A program made the position numbers and the translations under genes. The notes under the pieces were generated by a model. That model did not search any database. It was not told the origin of the DNA and was given only the letters and a program-made list of their open reading frames with translations. From NCBI GenBank assembly GCA_946965045.2, contig OX337239.1, forward strand, positions 1,426,001 to 1,490,000: a stretch of 64,000 nucleotides of DNA, read 5' to 3'. Every line of letters begins with the position of its first letter. Position 1 is the stretch's first letter. The DNA is from Epithemia pelagica. Taxonomy: Eukaryota > Protista > Bacillariophyta. Below are positions 55,029 to 64,000 of this stretch, piece by piece.

Positions 55029-56453
55029 TCATCGCCATGGCATGGGCATAGGGGACTCATATTGGTTGGCATAAGTAGTCTGGGATGTTCTCGACCGCAG
55101 CCCGTCTTGCGCAACAAGTGGAACAGAGATTTGTTCCCTCCGCCTAGGGTCACATCCTCGATGGACAGTTAAACGAACCATGTCCCCAACTTGTTTTTCT
55201 TCAATGGCGGCCAAGAGATCCTCTACTTGTTCCACCGGTTGGTCATTGACACGAGTAATCAAGTCGCCCAACACCGTAGATCCATCCGACCGCAATTTCA
55301 TGGCTCGCAATCCTGCTCGTTCTGCGGGAGAGTCGGCCAGTACATCGGCAACCAACACGCCGGATAAGGATCGACCCAGTTGTTGTTCCACGGATCGAGC
55401 CACTCGATCGTCCACGACATGGATGCCCAAGGTAGGCCGGACCGTACCACGACCACCGGACCGAATGAGTTGGTTCACAACACGACGAACCGTATCCACT
55501 GGAATGGCAAATCCAATGCCAATGTTTCCACGACCACCATTGCCCAAAATTGCTGTATTAACACCAATCAAGCGTCCCGACGAATCCATGAGTGGTCCAC
55601 CACTGTTTCCTGGGTTGATTGAAGCATCGGTTTGAATGCACCCCTTGATTTTTCGTCCGGCAAATCCATCAATGTCACGTCCCAAGGCCGACACGACTCC
55701 AGTGGTCAACGTATTGTCCAAGCCAAATGGGTTACCAATGGCCAAGACCGACTGTCCAACTTGCAAGTCATTGGATGTTCCAACATCAAGTGGAGTTGGA
55801 AGCCTACTCAATGGCACGTTAGCTATTTTCAACACAGCCAAATCCTTTTCTGGTTCCACACCAATCACAGTGGCATCGCTTGCCTCCGGCATTCCTTGGA
55901 GCTTTACCTTGACCTTGTCAGGCAACCGTCCCGAGGCCACGACAACATGACAATTGGTTACAACATGTCCTTGTTTATCCCACAAAAAGCCTGATCCAGC
56001 TCCCATGGGAGTCTCGGAACCCAACGAAAACCGTCCAATTCGTGAAGGTTCTCTCGTGGTGGTAATGTACGCCACACTGGGTGATACACGTTTGACCGTC
56101 TGGACCAGCCGATTTTCCTCTGGACCAAGCGGAGTACCACCTGAAGCAGCATGGAACCCCCCATTGCTGCCATTGTTGTTGTTGCTGCTTAGAAACGAAT
56201 TTTGTTCCAAGCGCTCGACCAAGTCTTGCTTCTCCAAGCAATCCCGGAAATCAATCCCCCGTTCCGTCAAGAGACGCTTGAGCTCGGAGACACTCAGTTG
56301 ATTCAGACCCGTCTTGTTTCGCTTGCTATTGCTACTGTTGTTGTTATTGTGATTGACGCCAACTCCATTTGGAATTGCAAATGCAGACACTCCAAAGGGA
56401 TCGGAAGCAATGAGAGCGAGAAAAAGAGGAGCTACGTTGTTCTGAAGCTTCAT
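55029..56453 (-). CDS. DegP/HtrA (Deg1-like) serine protease with PDZ domain, probably plastid-targeted
   Basis: Triad TNCHVV / EKDLAV / NPGNSGG; C-terminal PDZ; signal + VSAFA motif; small helical LSVSELKRLL...CLEKQDLV domain. Confidence 0.92.
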   Translation of the reverse strand: MKLQNNVAPLFLALIASDPFGVSAFAIPNGVGVNHNNNNSSNSKRNKTGLNQLSVSELKRLLTERGIDFRDCLEKQDLVERLEQNSFLSSNNNNGSNGGFHAASGGTPLGPEENRLVQTVKRVSPSVAYITTTREPSRIGRFSLGSETPMGAGSGFLWDKQGHVVTNCHVVVASGRLPDKVKVKLQGMPEASDATVIGVEPEKDLAVLKIANVPLSRLPTPLDVGTSNDLQVGQSVLAIGNPFGLDNTLTTGVVSALGRDIDGFAGRKIKGCIQTDASINPGNSGGPLMDSSGRLIGVNTAILGNGGRGNIGIGFAIPVDTVRRVVNQLIRSGGRGTVRPTLGIHVVDDRVARSVEQQLGRSLSGVLVADVLADSPAERAGLRAMKLRSDGSTVLGDLITRVNDQPVEQVEDLLAAIEEKQVGDMVRLTVHRGCDPRRREQISVPLVAQDGLRSRTSQTTYANQYESPMPMPWR

Positions 56454-56852
56454 GTGGTTGTCTTCCTGTTTGGGATTGTCGTCGTCGATTTGATTCGAGA
56501 GTTCTGCCAAATCTCGTTTTGTGAGCGCAAATGTGTTCTGTGGGTCTGCTGACGCAACCACAAAGACACCTGTCGACTGTCGCACCAGACATTGGGAATG
56601 TCTGAATGTCTATAAACATGACGTCTGTCTATCACACCGTTTTAGACCAGAATGGGAGGGCAATAATCGAAGGCAATATACATCAACGTCTGGAAGGCAA
56701 TGATGCAAATCTGGATTTTGACCAAGAATCTAAATAGCCCCTGCCCTCGTGTCACCGCAACGTCCACCAGAACAACAAGAATAAAATCATTACAAAAATC
56801 AACATATCGGACAAACAACCGCACTCAAGAAGTCGATGCATCAATAAGCTCT

Positions 56853-58437
56853 ATGAGCCGAACAACTGAAACCATGGCACCTGATCCAACGCAAAAAGAG
56901 ACTGATAGCGGCTCACTATCATTAAAGGACGACGAGGTTGACGATGCGTCGAGACCTGGCTTCGAAAAGGCATGGATGGAGCGATACAATGAGCTTCGCG
57001 AATACTACGAAACGACAGGCAGTTGCTCTGTTCCATCCGACTATTCTCCCAACCGCAAACTGGGAAACTGGGTTCGCACGCAACGAGGGAAGCTTAAGCT
57101 TTACGTAGAAGGGGAGGCTTCTTCTGCTGCGTTGACTCCAAAGCAAGTTGAACTGCTCGAGCAAATCAACTTCCAGTGGAATGTCAAGTGCGATTGGATG
57201 CAACGTTACAAAGAGCTCGAGGAATACTTCAACTATCACGGACACAGTTCTGTCACGTCCAACTGGAAAGAAAATCCAAGTCTCGGCCGATGGGTTGAAA
57301 GACAGCGCACCAACTACCGTCTCTGGAAGGAAGGGAAGCCGTCCAATATGACGGAGGAACGTTTCAAATTGTTGGAGGAGCTAAACTTTCGATGGAAAGC
57401 GCGTGATGAATGGCTGGAACGATACCAGGATCTAGCGACGTACTTTCAAACCTATGGGCACTCAGCAGTCACACTCAAGAATTCCACGAACCCGCAAGAG
57501 GAACGTCTTGCAAAATGGGCTGATACACGTATGTTCATGACTGATTACAAACAATCTCTAGAACTCGCTATTCCTGACCTAACAAACGTATTTGTTTACT
57601 TCAGAACGACAGCAGTACCGGTTGTACAAACAGGGAAAGACTTCTCACATGACTAAAGAAAGAGTAAGTCAACTTCAAGAGGTAAATTTCCAGTGGAAGT
57701 TGTTGGAAGACTGGATAGTTAGGTTTCGTGAGCTTCAAGGCTATAAACAGAAGCACGGCGATACCCTTGTTCCCCAACAGTATTCAGTCAATCCAAGCCT
57801 TGGTATCTGGGTTCGCAACCAAAGAACTCAGTACAAGCACTTTATGGAAGGAAAGCCAAGTAAGCTTTCTTTAGAACGGATACGGATGCTGGAAAGCTTG
57901 GATTTTGAATGGAATGCTTACGATGCCAAATGGATGGCATCCTACGTCGAACTCGGAAAGTATATGAGGGAACATGGGCTAGGTAGACTACCGCCCTACT
58001 ACAAGAATGATCCGACTCGAAAATGGGCAGACCAACAGCGCAAACAATATCGCAAGTTTGCCTTGGGTCTTCCGCTAGCTGACGGGGAACAATCTCATGG
58101 CAACAATCATGCCTCGTGCGCATCAACCCAAAAACGTGTCGATCTGCTAAACTTGCTTGCTTTCCCATGGACACTTACTCCCAGCACGAGTGGAAGAAGT
58201 AATTATGATGGACGGGATGTCAAAGCCGTCGAGAACAGCGATAAAGATACCTCGGATCTTAGTCCAGTAAAAAGTGAAGACGGCATGGAAGAGAATGACA
58301 ACCTTCTCTTGAGTAGCAACCAGAGTTCCGGGACCGGCTGCAGGGAGGAAGAGACTATCGATGATATCACCGACGGCGAACAGAAGCCTAACAAGACTAC
58401 CATTGCTGGCAAAAGAAAACGAGAGCCGGGTCCATGA
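56853..58437 (+). CDS. Helicase-associated (HA) repeat protein, 2 exons
   Basis: Repeated W..RY.EL..Y....G...VP......LG.WV..QR units; intron 57529-57604 (GTATGT...TTCAG). Confidence 0.88.
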
Positions 58438-59060
58438 TCACGGATTTAACATCAGTGGACTCTAAGTCTCACCATTCATAAGGGTGTGATGACCACAGTG
58501 AGTCCAAAGATGTTGTACATCAGGAAACGGGACTCCTTCAAAACCATCGGCGTGTTTAGTGGACAAGCTGATAAAAGTATTGTGTTCTTCTTTCCTCAGC
58601 CAAACTTGTACGATCGTTTGCGCTCTGTACAAGTGCATACTGTCCTTATGTTGTCAACATTATACAAGAAAAAATTACTGATGATGGCGAGATCGCACCT
58701 CGTGTTTTACATCTCCTTGCCATAGCAAGAAATCCACGTACTCTCAGTGAAAATAAAATTTCTTTCATGTCTCGAGTTCGCGTCTATGGTCAAGCCTCTG
58801 CTTTACAGAACGTATGCACAACCGAGAACAGAAATGACAAACAAGTTATGATACGTACTAACAATGCTACAACCAATGAAATCATGCAATGTACTAGCCG
58901 TGTGGCGGTTTCTCGGGTGCCCGGGTAGAAACTGCTTCTGTAGGGATTTTTCACAAATGGTAAACTCGAGCCAGGTCCCTTCACTGTTTTGAACGGAACG
59001 GCGGTTTGTGTAAAAGAAAGATGGATTCTCCCTTGTGTGTATGTGATGTCATTCTCACCA

Positions 59061-61778
59061 TCAAGCATAGACATTGGCGACTTGTACCAATCCAGCTTGA
59101 GAGAGTCCCGATCCCCGGCCATGCCATGGAGCACCGACTGCCAGGGCCGACCCATCCGATGCCAAGGCAGTTGACCAGCCATACAAATCTGATTCGACCA
59201 AGGTTTCCATTCGTCCTTGCAATCGCCATTGCTGTTCGGGAGCTGGGTAGTATTGATACAAAAAGACTCGACCTGAATCACGTCGATTGGCAGTTCCGTC
59301 AAACCAGGGGGCACCCACGGACAAGAGCGTACCCGTACTCGAGAGACTCACAGAATGACCAAAATTGGCCGAACTTCCCGTCAAGGTTTGACCCACTTGA
59401 AGAACAGTACCACCATCTTCATTGCTCTCATCGTCTCGATAACAAAAGACATTGACTTGCGTATTTTGGTTGCCACCCAAGCCAAGAGCAACGCAGTTGC
59501 CATTGCCCGTAATAGCAACACTGGTGGCGTCCTGTATAACGTGATTGTATCGAAGGGTCCACAATTCGTTATCCTCGTTCCAATCATAGAGCCTTGCCGT
59601 ATTGTCTGGTCCGGCCATGACAAGCGAATTGCCATTGTCGGACAAGGCCACCGCCTTGTCGTAAACGTTGCCGGTGGCAAACGTCCCCAAGGTCAATCGG
59701 TCACCCTTGCGTTCCCATACATCGCTAGGGAGCATCAATTCTGCATTGTCCGATTCAAAGGGTTGTCGTTGATAGACTTGAACATATCCTCGAGATTCCT
59801 CTGTCACATGAACATTCCAGGCAACAGTATTGCCATTGGCGCTAAGGGACACCGAACCCGCGGAATCTGTTTCGACCGAATCCGTTTCGACAAAGAGCGT
59901 CGGTCCTCGCCAGGCCAAGGCTGCCGTAGGACCTTGTTGAATAGCTTCATAAATGGTCAGGGCATTGGATTGGAGGACTGCCAGGGTGCGTCCATCGGCC
60001 GAGAGGGCAATGTTAAATCCAAACAGGGATTGAGTCAATGGCTCATTGTTGGAGGGTCGGAACGAGGGTCCCAACAGGGCTCCTGACCGTGTCTCAACGT
60101 ACATGGGGGATTCCGAGGCATCTTGTTTCTGGAAAAAACGAATTTGTCCGGCGCGAGGTCCATTGAGATTGTCCGCAAAGGCAGCACTGGCGGCCACCAG
60201 AGAGGCATCGGCCGAAACGGCCACCGACATGCCAAATGTGCCATTCACAACACTGCCTTGAATCTCCGTTCCCGCCGACGCGGGAGGCAAATTCCAGGCC
60301 CGTTGGACCGTCAAGACAAAGTCGCCCTGATCCGACGCCTGTACACCTTGAACCAAAATGTAATACCAAATATCGGGATCGCCATAAAATTCCACACCTG
60401 CCATGAGCGATTCCGATTCGGAAGATTCCGACGAGGATGCCAAGAGGGCCGTGGCGGTCGTTGCGTCCGACTCTGGCACCTTGGAGGCAGAACTGGTGAC
60501 ACTGGCCATGCATTGCAAGCCCGACGCAAAGGTTCCTGTATCGCTACAGGTTCCTCGGACGACCGAAACCTGAATTTGATTCCACGAATCGGTGCGAGTG
60601 GTACTGACCGTGACATTGTAACGAGCATCGTCCCCTCGCACCGCATACCAAAGGGCGGGGGATGCCGCATTGATTTGACACACAAGCGAAGAGGCATCGG
60701 GAGGAGCGGCACTGTTGGTACGATCCAAGATGGTGGCATATCCACTCCGCAAGGAGGGAAACTCAATGGGTGTATCCATGGCCGTCCGACACGATCTTGC
60801 CCCCTCAACGTCAATCACGCGTTGGAGGGGATCGTCCCTTGGTGCGGCTCCTTGCATGGATCCATCCAAGCTTCCAGGACCATACAAAAAGAGATGGTTG
60901 TTGGAGGGCCCCGTCCCTTGAATCAAATCGAGTACTTTTTGATCGTCAAAATCGGCCCAATTCCAGACACTGAGAATTACAGCGACGGTAACCGCCATGC
61001 CCAGAACGGCCCAAAAACAGGATTGACAACAGAACCGAACCGATTCTTCTTGTTCCAAGGTCGATAGGTGTTGTTGCAAAAACTTCCACGGTGTGGTGGG
61101 TGGAGTAGGCACCACCACCACGACCTTGCCTTGGTCATCATGGTGGTACGGTGGAGTCTGGGCCATGGAGGAGGATTCGGGAGACGAATCCGAGTCCTTG
61201 TAGTTTTCCTCCACCATGACATTGCCGGCACTCGTAGTAGTGTTGGGATCATTTCGTTGTAAAGACAATCGTGTGGAGCCGGTCCTTTCTTGACGCATAC
61301 TCCGACTACTGTTTTGGTATTGGTTGGATTGCAAGACACTCAAATCAAAATCCATACTGCGATCGTTTTCGTTGGTTTTCATTTCACGCTGGTCTCCATA
61401 ATCCACACCCTGGTATTCGTTGTTGCTTTCATCGTCGTCATTGTCGTCGTCTTGGTACGAGTGATAGGAATGAGGATTGGCCGCCAAGACGTTGCCTCCT
61501 TTTCGACGATTGTTGCTACTAGTACTACTGCGATACGAGTACTGTGTAGGTTCTCGCACATCCTGTTTCTCATCCCTCCACAGGCTGCCACCCATTCGAG
61601 AGGAGGAAGAGGCGGTGCTGGGTGTGGGTTTGGATGTCGCTTCATCGTCATCTTCTTTGGTCGGACCACCACCAGGGCTCTTGTGAGTATCCAGAGGTTC
61701 ATGACGAACCTCGTCTTCGTACGGAAATGACATGTCCGATGCCGACAGCTTGTAGTTGCTGTCCGAATGGCTTGCCAT
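59061..61778 (-). CDS. Type II membrane protein with FG-GAP-like beta-propeller, about 905 aa
   Basis: Disordered N-terminus, TM CFWAVLGMAVTVAVILSVW, and repeats FGMSVAVSADA, FGFNIALSADG, FGHSVSLSSTG...VGAP, YGWSTALASDG...VGAP. Confidence 0.82.
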   Translation of the reverse strand: MASHSDSNYKLSASDMSFPYEDEVRHEPLDTHKSPGGGPTKEDDDEATSKPTPSTASSSSRMGGSLWRDEKQDVREPTQYSYRSSTSSNNRRKGGNVLAANPHSYHSYQDDDNDDDESNNEYQGVDYGDQREMKTNENDRSMDFDLSVLQSNQYQNSSRSMRQERTGSTRLSLQRNDPNTTTSAGNVMVEENYKDSDSSPESSSMAQTPPYHHDDQGKVVVVVPTPPTTPWKFLQQHLSTLEQEESVRFCCQSCFWAVLGMAVTVAVILSVWNWADFDDQKVLDLIQGTGPSNNHLFLYGPGSLDGSMQGAAPRDDPLQRVIDVEGARSCRTAMDTPIEFPSLRSGYATILDRTNSAAPPDASSLVCQINAASPALWYAVRGDDARYNVTVSTTRTDSWNQIQVSVVRGTCSDTGTFASGLQCMASVTSSASKVPESDATTATALLASSSESSESESLMAGVEFYGDPDIWYYILVQGVQASDQGDFVLTVQRAWNLPPASAGTEIQGSVVNGTFGMSVAVSADASLVAASAAFADNLNGPRAGQIRFFQKQDASESPMYVETRSGALLGPSFRPSNNEPLTQSLFGFNIALSADGRTLAVLQSNALTIYEAIQQGPTAALAWRGPTLFVETDSVETDSAGSVSLSANGNTVAWNVHVTEESRGYVQVYQRQPFESDNAELMLPSDVWERKGDRLTLGTFATGNVYDKAVALSDNGNSLVMAGPDNTARLYDWNEDNELWTLRYNHVIQDATSVAITGNGNCVALGLGGNQNTQVNVFCYRDDESNEDGGTVLQVGQTLTGSSANFGHSVSLSSTGTLLSVGAPWFDGTANRRDSGRVFLYQYYPAPEQQWRLQGRMETLVESDLYGWSTALASDGSALAVGAPWHGRGSGLSQAGLVQVANVYA

Positions 61779-62689
61779 GGCACGTTTCAATGGATCAATC
61801 AATGGATTGTGATTACTTTCTTGGATGGGATGAAAACGAAGTAGGAAGCGCACCTCCGCTGATCAGAAGGCCTTTGATGCGTTCGCACGGTCTATCCAAT
61901 CGTTTGTTTTTCGTTGTTATTGTTTTATTGTTGATGATGATGGTGTTGCTTGCTTGCACCTTTGATGGAATGAAGAAGGTTATTTTTTATTTTTTCGATT
62001 TGGCCCCGTAAAAGGCGCATCCACCATCCACCAACGAAAAAATCTCACATCCAAGTATTATTCAAAGGGGCTTATCCGTTTGATCGCGCCGGGGGATCGT
62101 ACCAAACTGGCCCCCATCCCAAGGGCAATACGATTGCATGGTTTCAAACTTCGTCCCGCGATGCTCTCGAGCGCGACATCTCCGACGAAATGCCGCGCCC
62201 GCAGCCACTGCGAGCTCCACCGTATCTTTTCTGCCCCTCACAATTTTGGGAACAACGGTACAACATTGGAATTTTGGATTTCCAGCTTCCAGCATCCAAC
62301 TCTCCCAGTGTTCAAGTCAACATGTTACCTCTCTGTTTTGTCATTGTACAAGGCCACATCCTGATTTCAGAATGACTTCAGGGAAAAGGGAATCGATCGC
62401 ATTCTTCTTTGGGAGTAAAAGAACGTCGACGTTCGTTTTCATGGGTCGTCGACAAGTCACAAAGAGGCAAATATTATGGAGGTCGTTCAATGTCGTCAAC
62501 ACCTTTTCCGTGACCTCGACGTTCGTTGGAAGAGCCACTATTGTCATTTCCATTGACAGGAATGGGACTGAGGGTACTGGACTGGACTGGACTTGTATCG
62601 TATCACAGGAAGAGTTGGGTGGAAGACTGTTGAAAGGAGGTTGATATGTCATAGGAGCGACCAATCCACGACCGATCGCAGTGCCATGT

Positions 62690-63346
62690 GCCATCACGCA
62701 AACAGAACCTTCCCCCGCCGAACAACAACGTTATGGTCAATCGTTCGATTCACTTGCCAACGATGCCTCCCAGATTCACCATCACGCTGCCCGGAACAAG
62801 TTCACGCATGACACAACAACCACAGCTCTCATCAACACCAACAACCTCCTCCTCCTGCCTTTTTCCATCGACCACCTTGGTGGACTCGGTCATTTTGCCC
62901 ACAACTTTTTCTTCGGCGCACCTCCTTGGTACTCCCTCTCCCCCTCCAACCCCCCATCCTGGCCCACCCCACAACTTGGACGCTCCGACCGCTGTCTTCC
63001 TCACACCGATGGTTTTTTGGCATTTAACAACCTCCTCCAATTTGCCCCTTCAAACCTCATCCACACTGCGCAAACTCGCTCCCAACCCACACCAGCCCCC
63101 TTTCAACAGTCTCTCCGACGCCATGCCACCCTCACTCTCGGTCATGCCATCACTACGGCCTTGGCCCAGCACGTTCTCGATGCTCTCTCCACCACGGACC
63201 TCCACCTCTCCCAACGACGAAAAATCAGCCGTATCCAAAAATCTTCTGTTTTCACCGTCTGCCCGGCTACCCGATACTTCCCCCACCCATACAACCCCCA
63301 CGCCGCGTATTCCGTTTCGGACCACCCCACCCACACTCTAGATTAG
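62690..63346 (+). mobile_element. Possible 5'-truncated CRE-like non-LTR retrotransposon remnant (restriction-like endonuclease end)
   Basis: LLLPFSIDHLGGLGHFAHNFFFG resembles the F-x-P...G-x-x-G motif at the C-terminus of RLE-clade elements; abrupt C-rich composition; no TSD found. Confidence 0.4.
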
Positions 63347-63437
63347 TCACACCCATAACCTATTCTAGAACACAAACAAAAGTCGAGTCATCAAAACAAA
63401 AAGAGATTAAGAGTGGACAAGAGAGAGAGCGTAAAAA

Positions 63438-63926
63438 GTGAGGATGAAGGTAGTATCGGTACCGTTGATGATCAAGGTGCTGCTCGTATGGCAGCTGGGA
63501 GTGTTTTCCTCTCATGCTTGGATGTTCCCCCTCACTCGCCAGAACATGGTGCAAAAGGCTGCCGTCGTTGCCACTGGCATCTCGGTCGCCATCACCTCGA
63601 CCGTGGCGCCTCTTCCCGTGGACGCCACGTCGTCCGATCCTTTTACCGGCAAGTATGGCGATCCCAAACATCCCAATTGCAAGCGCGAAATAGTAGTTTC
63701 GTCGTCCAATCAAGCTCGTGTTTCGGGAACCGATGGTACTCCGGGGTGTCCTCCCGACGGCAGTGGGAAACCCTGGACCTTGTCGGGTACAGTCGATGGA
63801 CCGACAATTCTGGTGGACTTTTCTCCCAAGGGTGGGCCTGCCAACCTCAAGGGTGTTTATGATACTTCGGATCCCGAAGGTATTCAGTGGCCAGATGGCA
63901 ACAAGTGGGTCAAGCAAGGTCTATAA
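63438..63926 (+). CDS. Small conserved-looking hypothetical protein with bipartite plus lumen-type presequence
   Basis: Signal, transit-like region and hydrophobic stretch ending PVDA; mature part has GKYGDPKHPNC, PGC, DFSPKGGP and WPDGNKW. Start could be 63438, 63444 or 63468. Confidence 0.75.
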   Translation: MRMKVVSVPLMIKVLLVWQLGVFSSHAWMFPLTRQNMVQKAAVVATGISVAITSTVAPLPVDATSSDPFTGKYGDPKHPNCKREIVVSSSNQARVSGTDGTPGCPPDGSGKPWTLSGTVDGPTILVDFSPKGGPANLKGVYDTSDPEGIQWPDGNKWVKQGL

Positions 63927-64000
63927 TGAGCCTGGCGAATACCAATGGTGTTCTCCCCGCGACGATATGGAATCTTGCTTGCTACAAGTAATTGCTAGCG

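Noticed and set aside
58790-59314. 174-aa minus-strand ORF
   Set aside because: It is an alternative-frame shadow overlapping the end of the FG-GAP gene.
62062-62697. Two in-frame minus-strand ORFs as a gene
   Set aside because: They are separated by two TGA codons, with no clear splice solution or motif; left unassigned.

Overview
Eukaryotic, intron-containing DNA. The diatom-type Copia (CoDi) elements, bHLH-PAS gene and bipartite plastid-type presequences point to a pennate diatom (inference). Bases 1-17080 are a nested stack of transposable elements inside a host gene (DUF707-like; its 3' half resumes at 17081). The outer element is a defective CoDi-like LTR retrotransposon with a 210-bp TGTTG...CAACA 3' LTR at 16871-17080. 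Inserted in its extra 5' ORF is an intact CoDi-like element with a single gag-pol ORF, a chromodomain-like insert and TA...TA LTR termini. Inserted in its 3' LTR is a PIF/Harbinger-like (PHIS) DNA transposon, flanked by a 666-bp direct duplication rather than a short TSD. The rest is gene-rich: tandem TLC-domain genes (one a pseudogene), a bHLH-PAS factor, an aminopropyltransferase-like/SET fusion, membrane proteins and duplicated fragments, a retropepsin-like ORF, a Ser/Thr kinase, three ferroportin paralogs, an RNA methyltransferase, a non-autonomous mariner, a Deg1-like protease, a helicase-associated-repeat protein, an FG-GAP membrane protein and a probable thylakoid-lumen protein. Top candidates for new biology: (1) a predicted spliced fusion of a catalytically dead triosephosphate-isomerase-like barrel to an apparently active SMP-30/gluconolactonase; (2) a ferroportin triplet in which the D181-equivalent residue is D, V and N, with a mariner-borne ACACGTGC motif upstream of one copy; (3) the 666-bp duplication around the PHIS element; (4) a dispersed TACTCCTAGGAGTA palindrome that matches the mariner termini; (5) facing, helically phased GATGTCG arrays. 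All calls were made by eye; no database searches were run.
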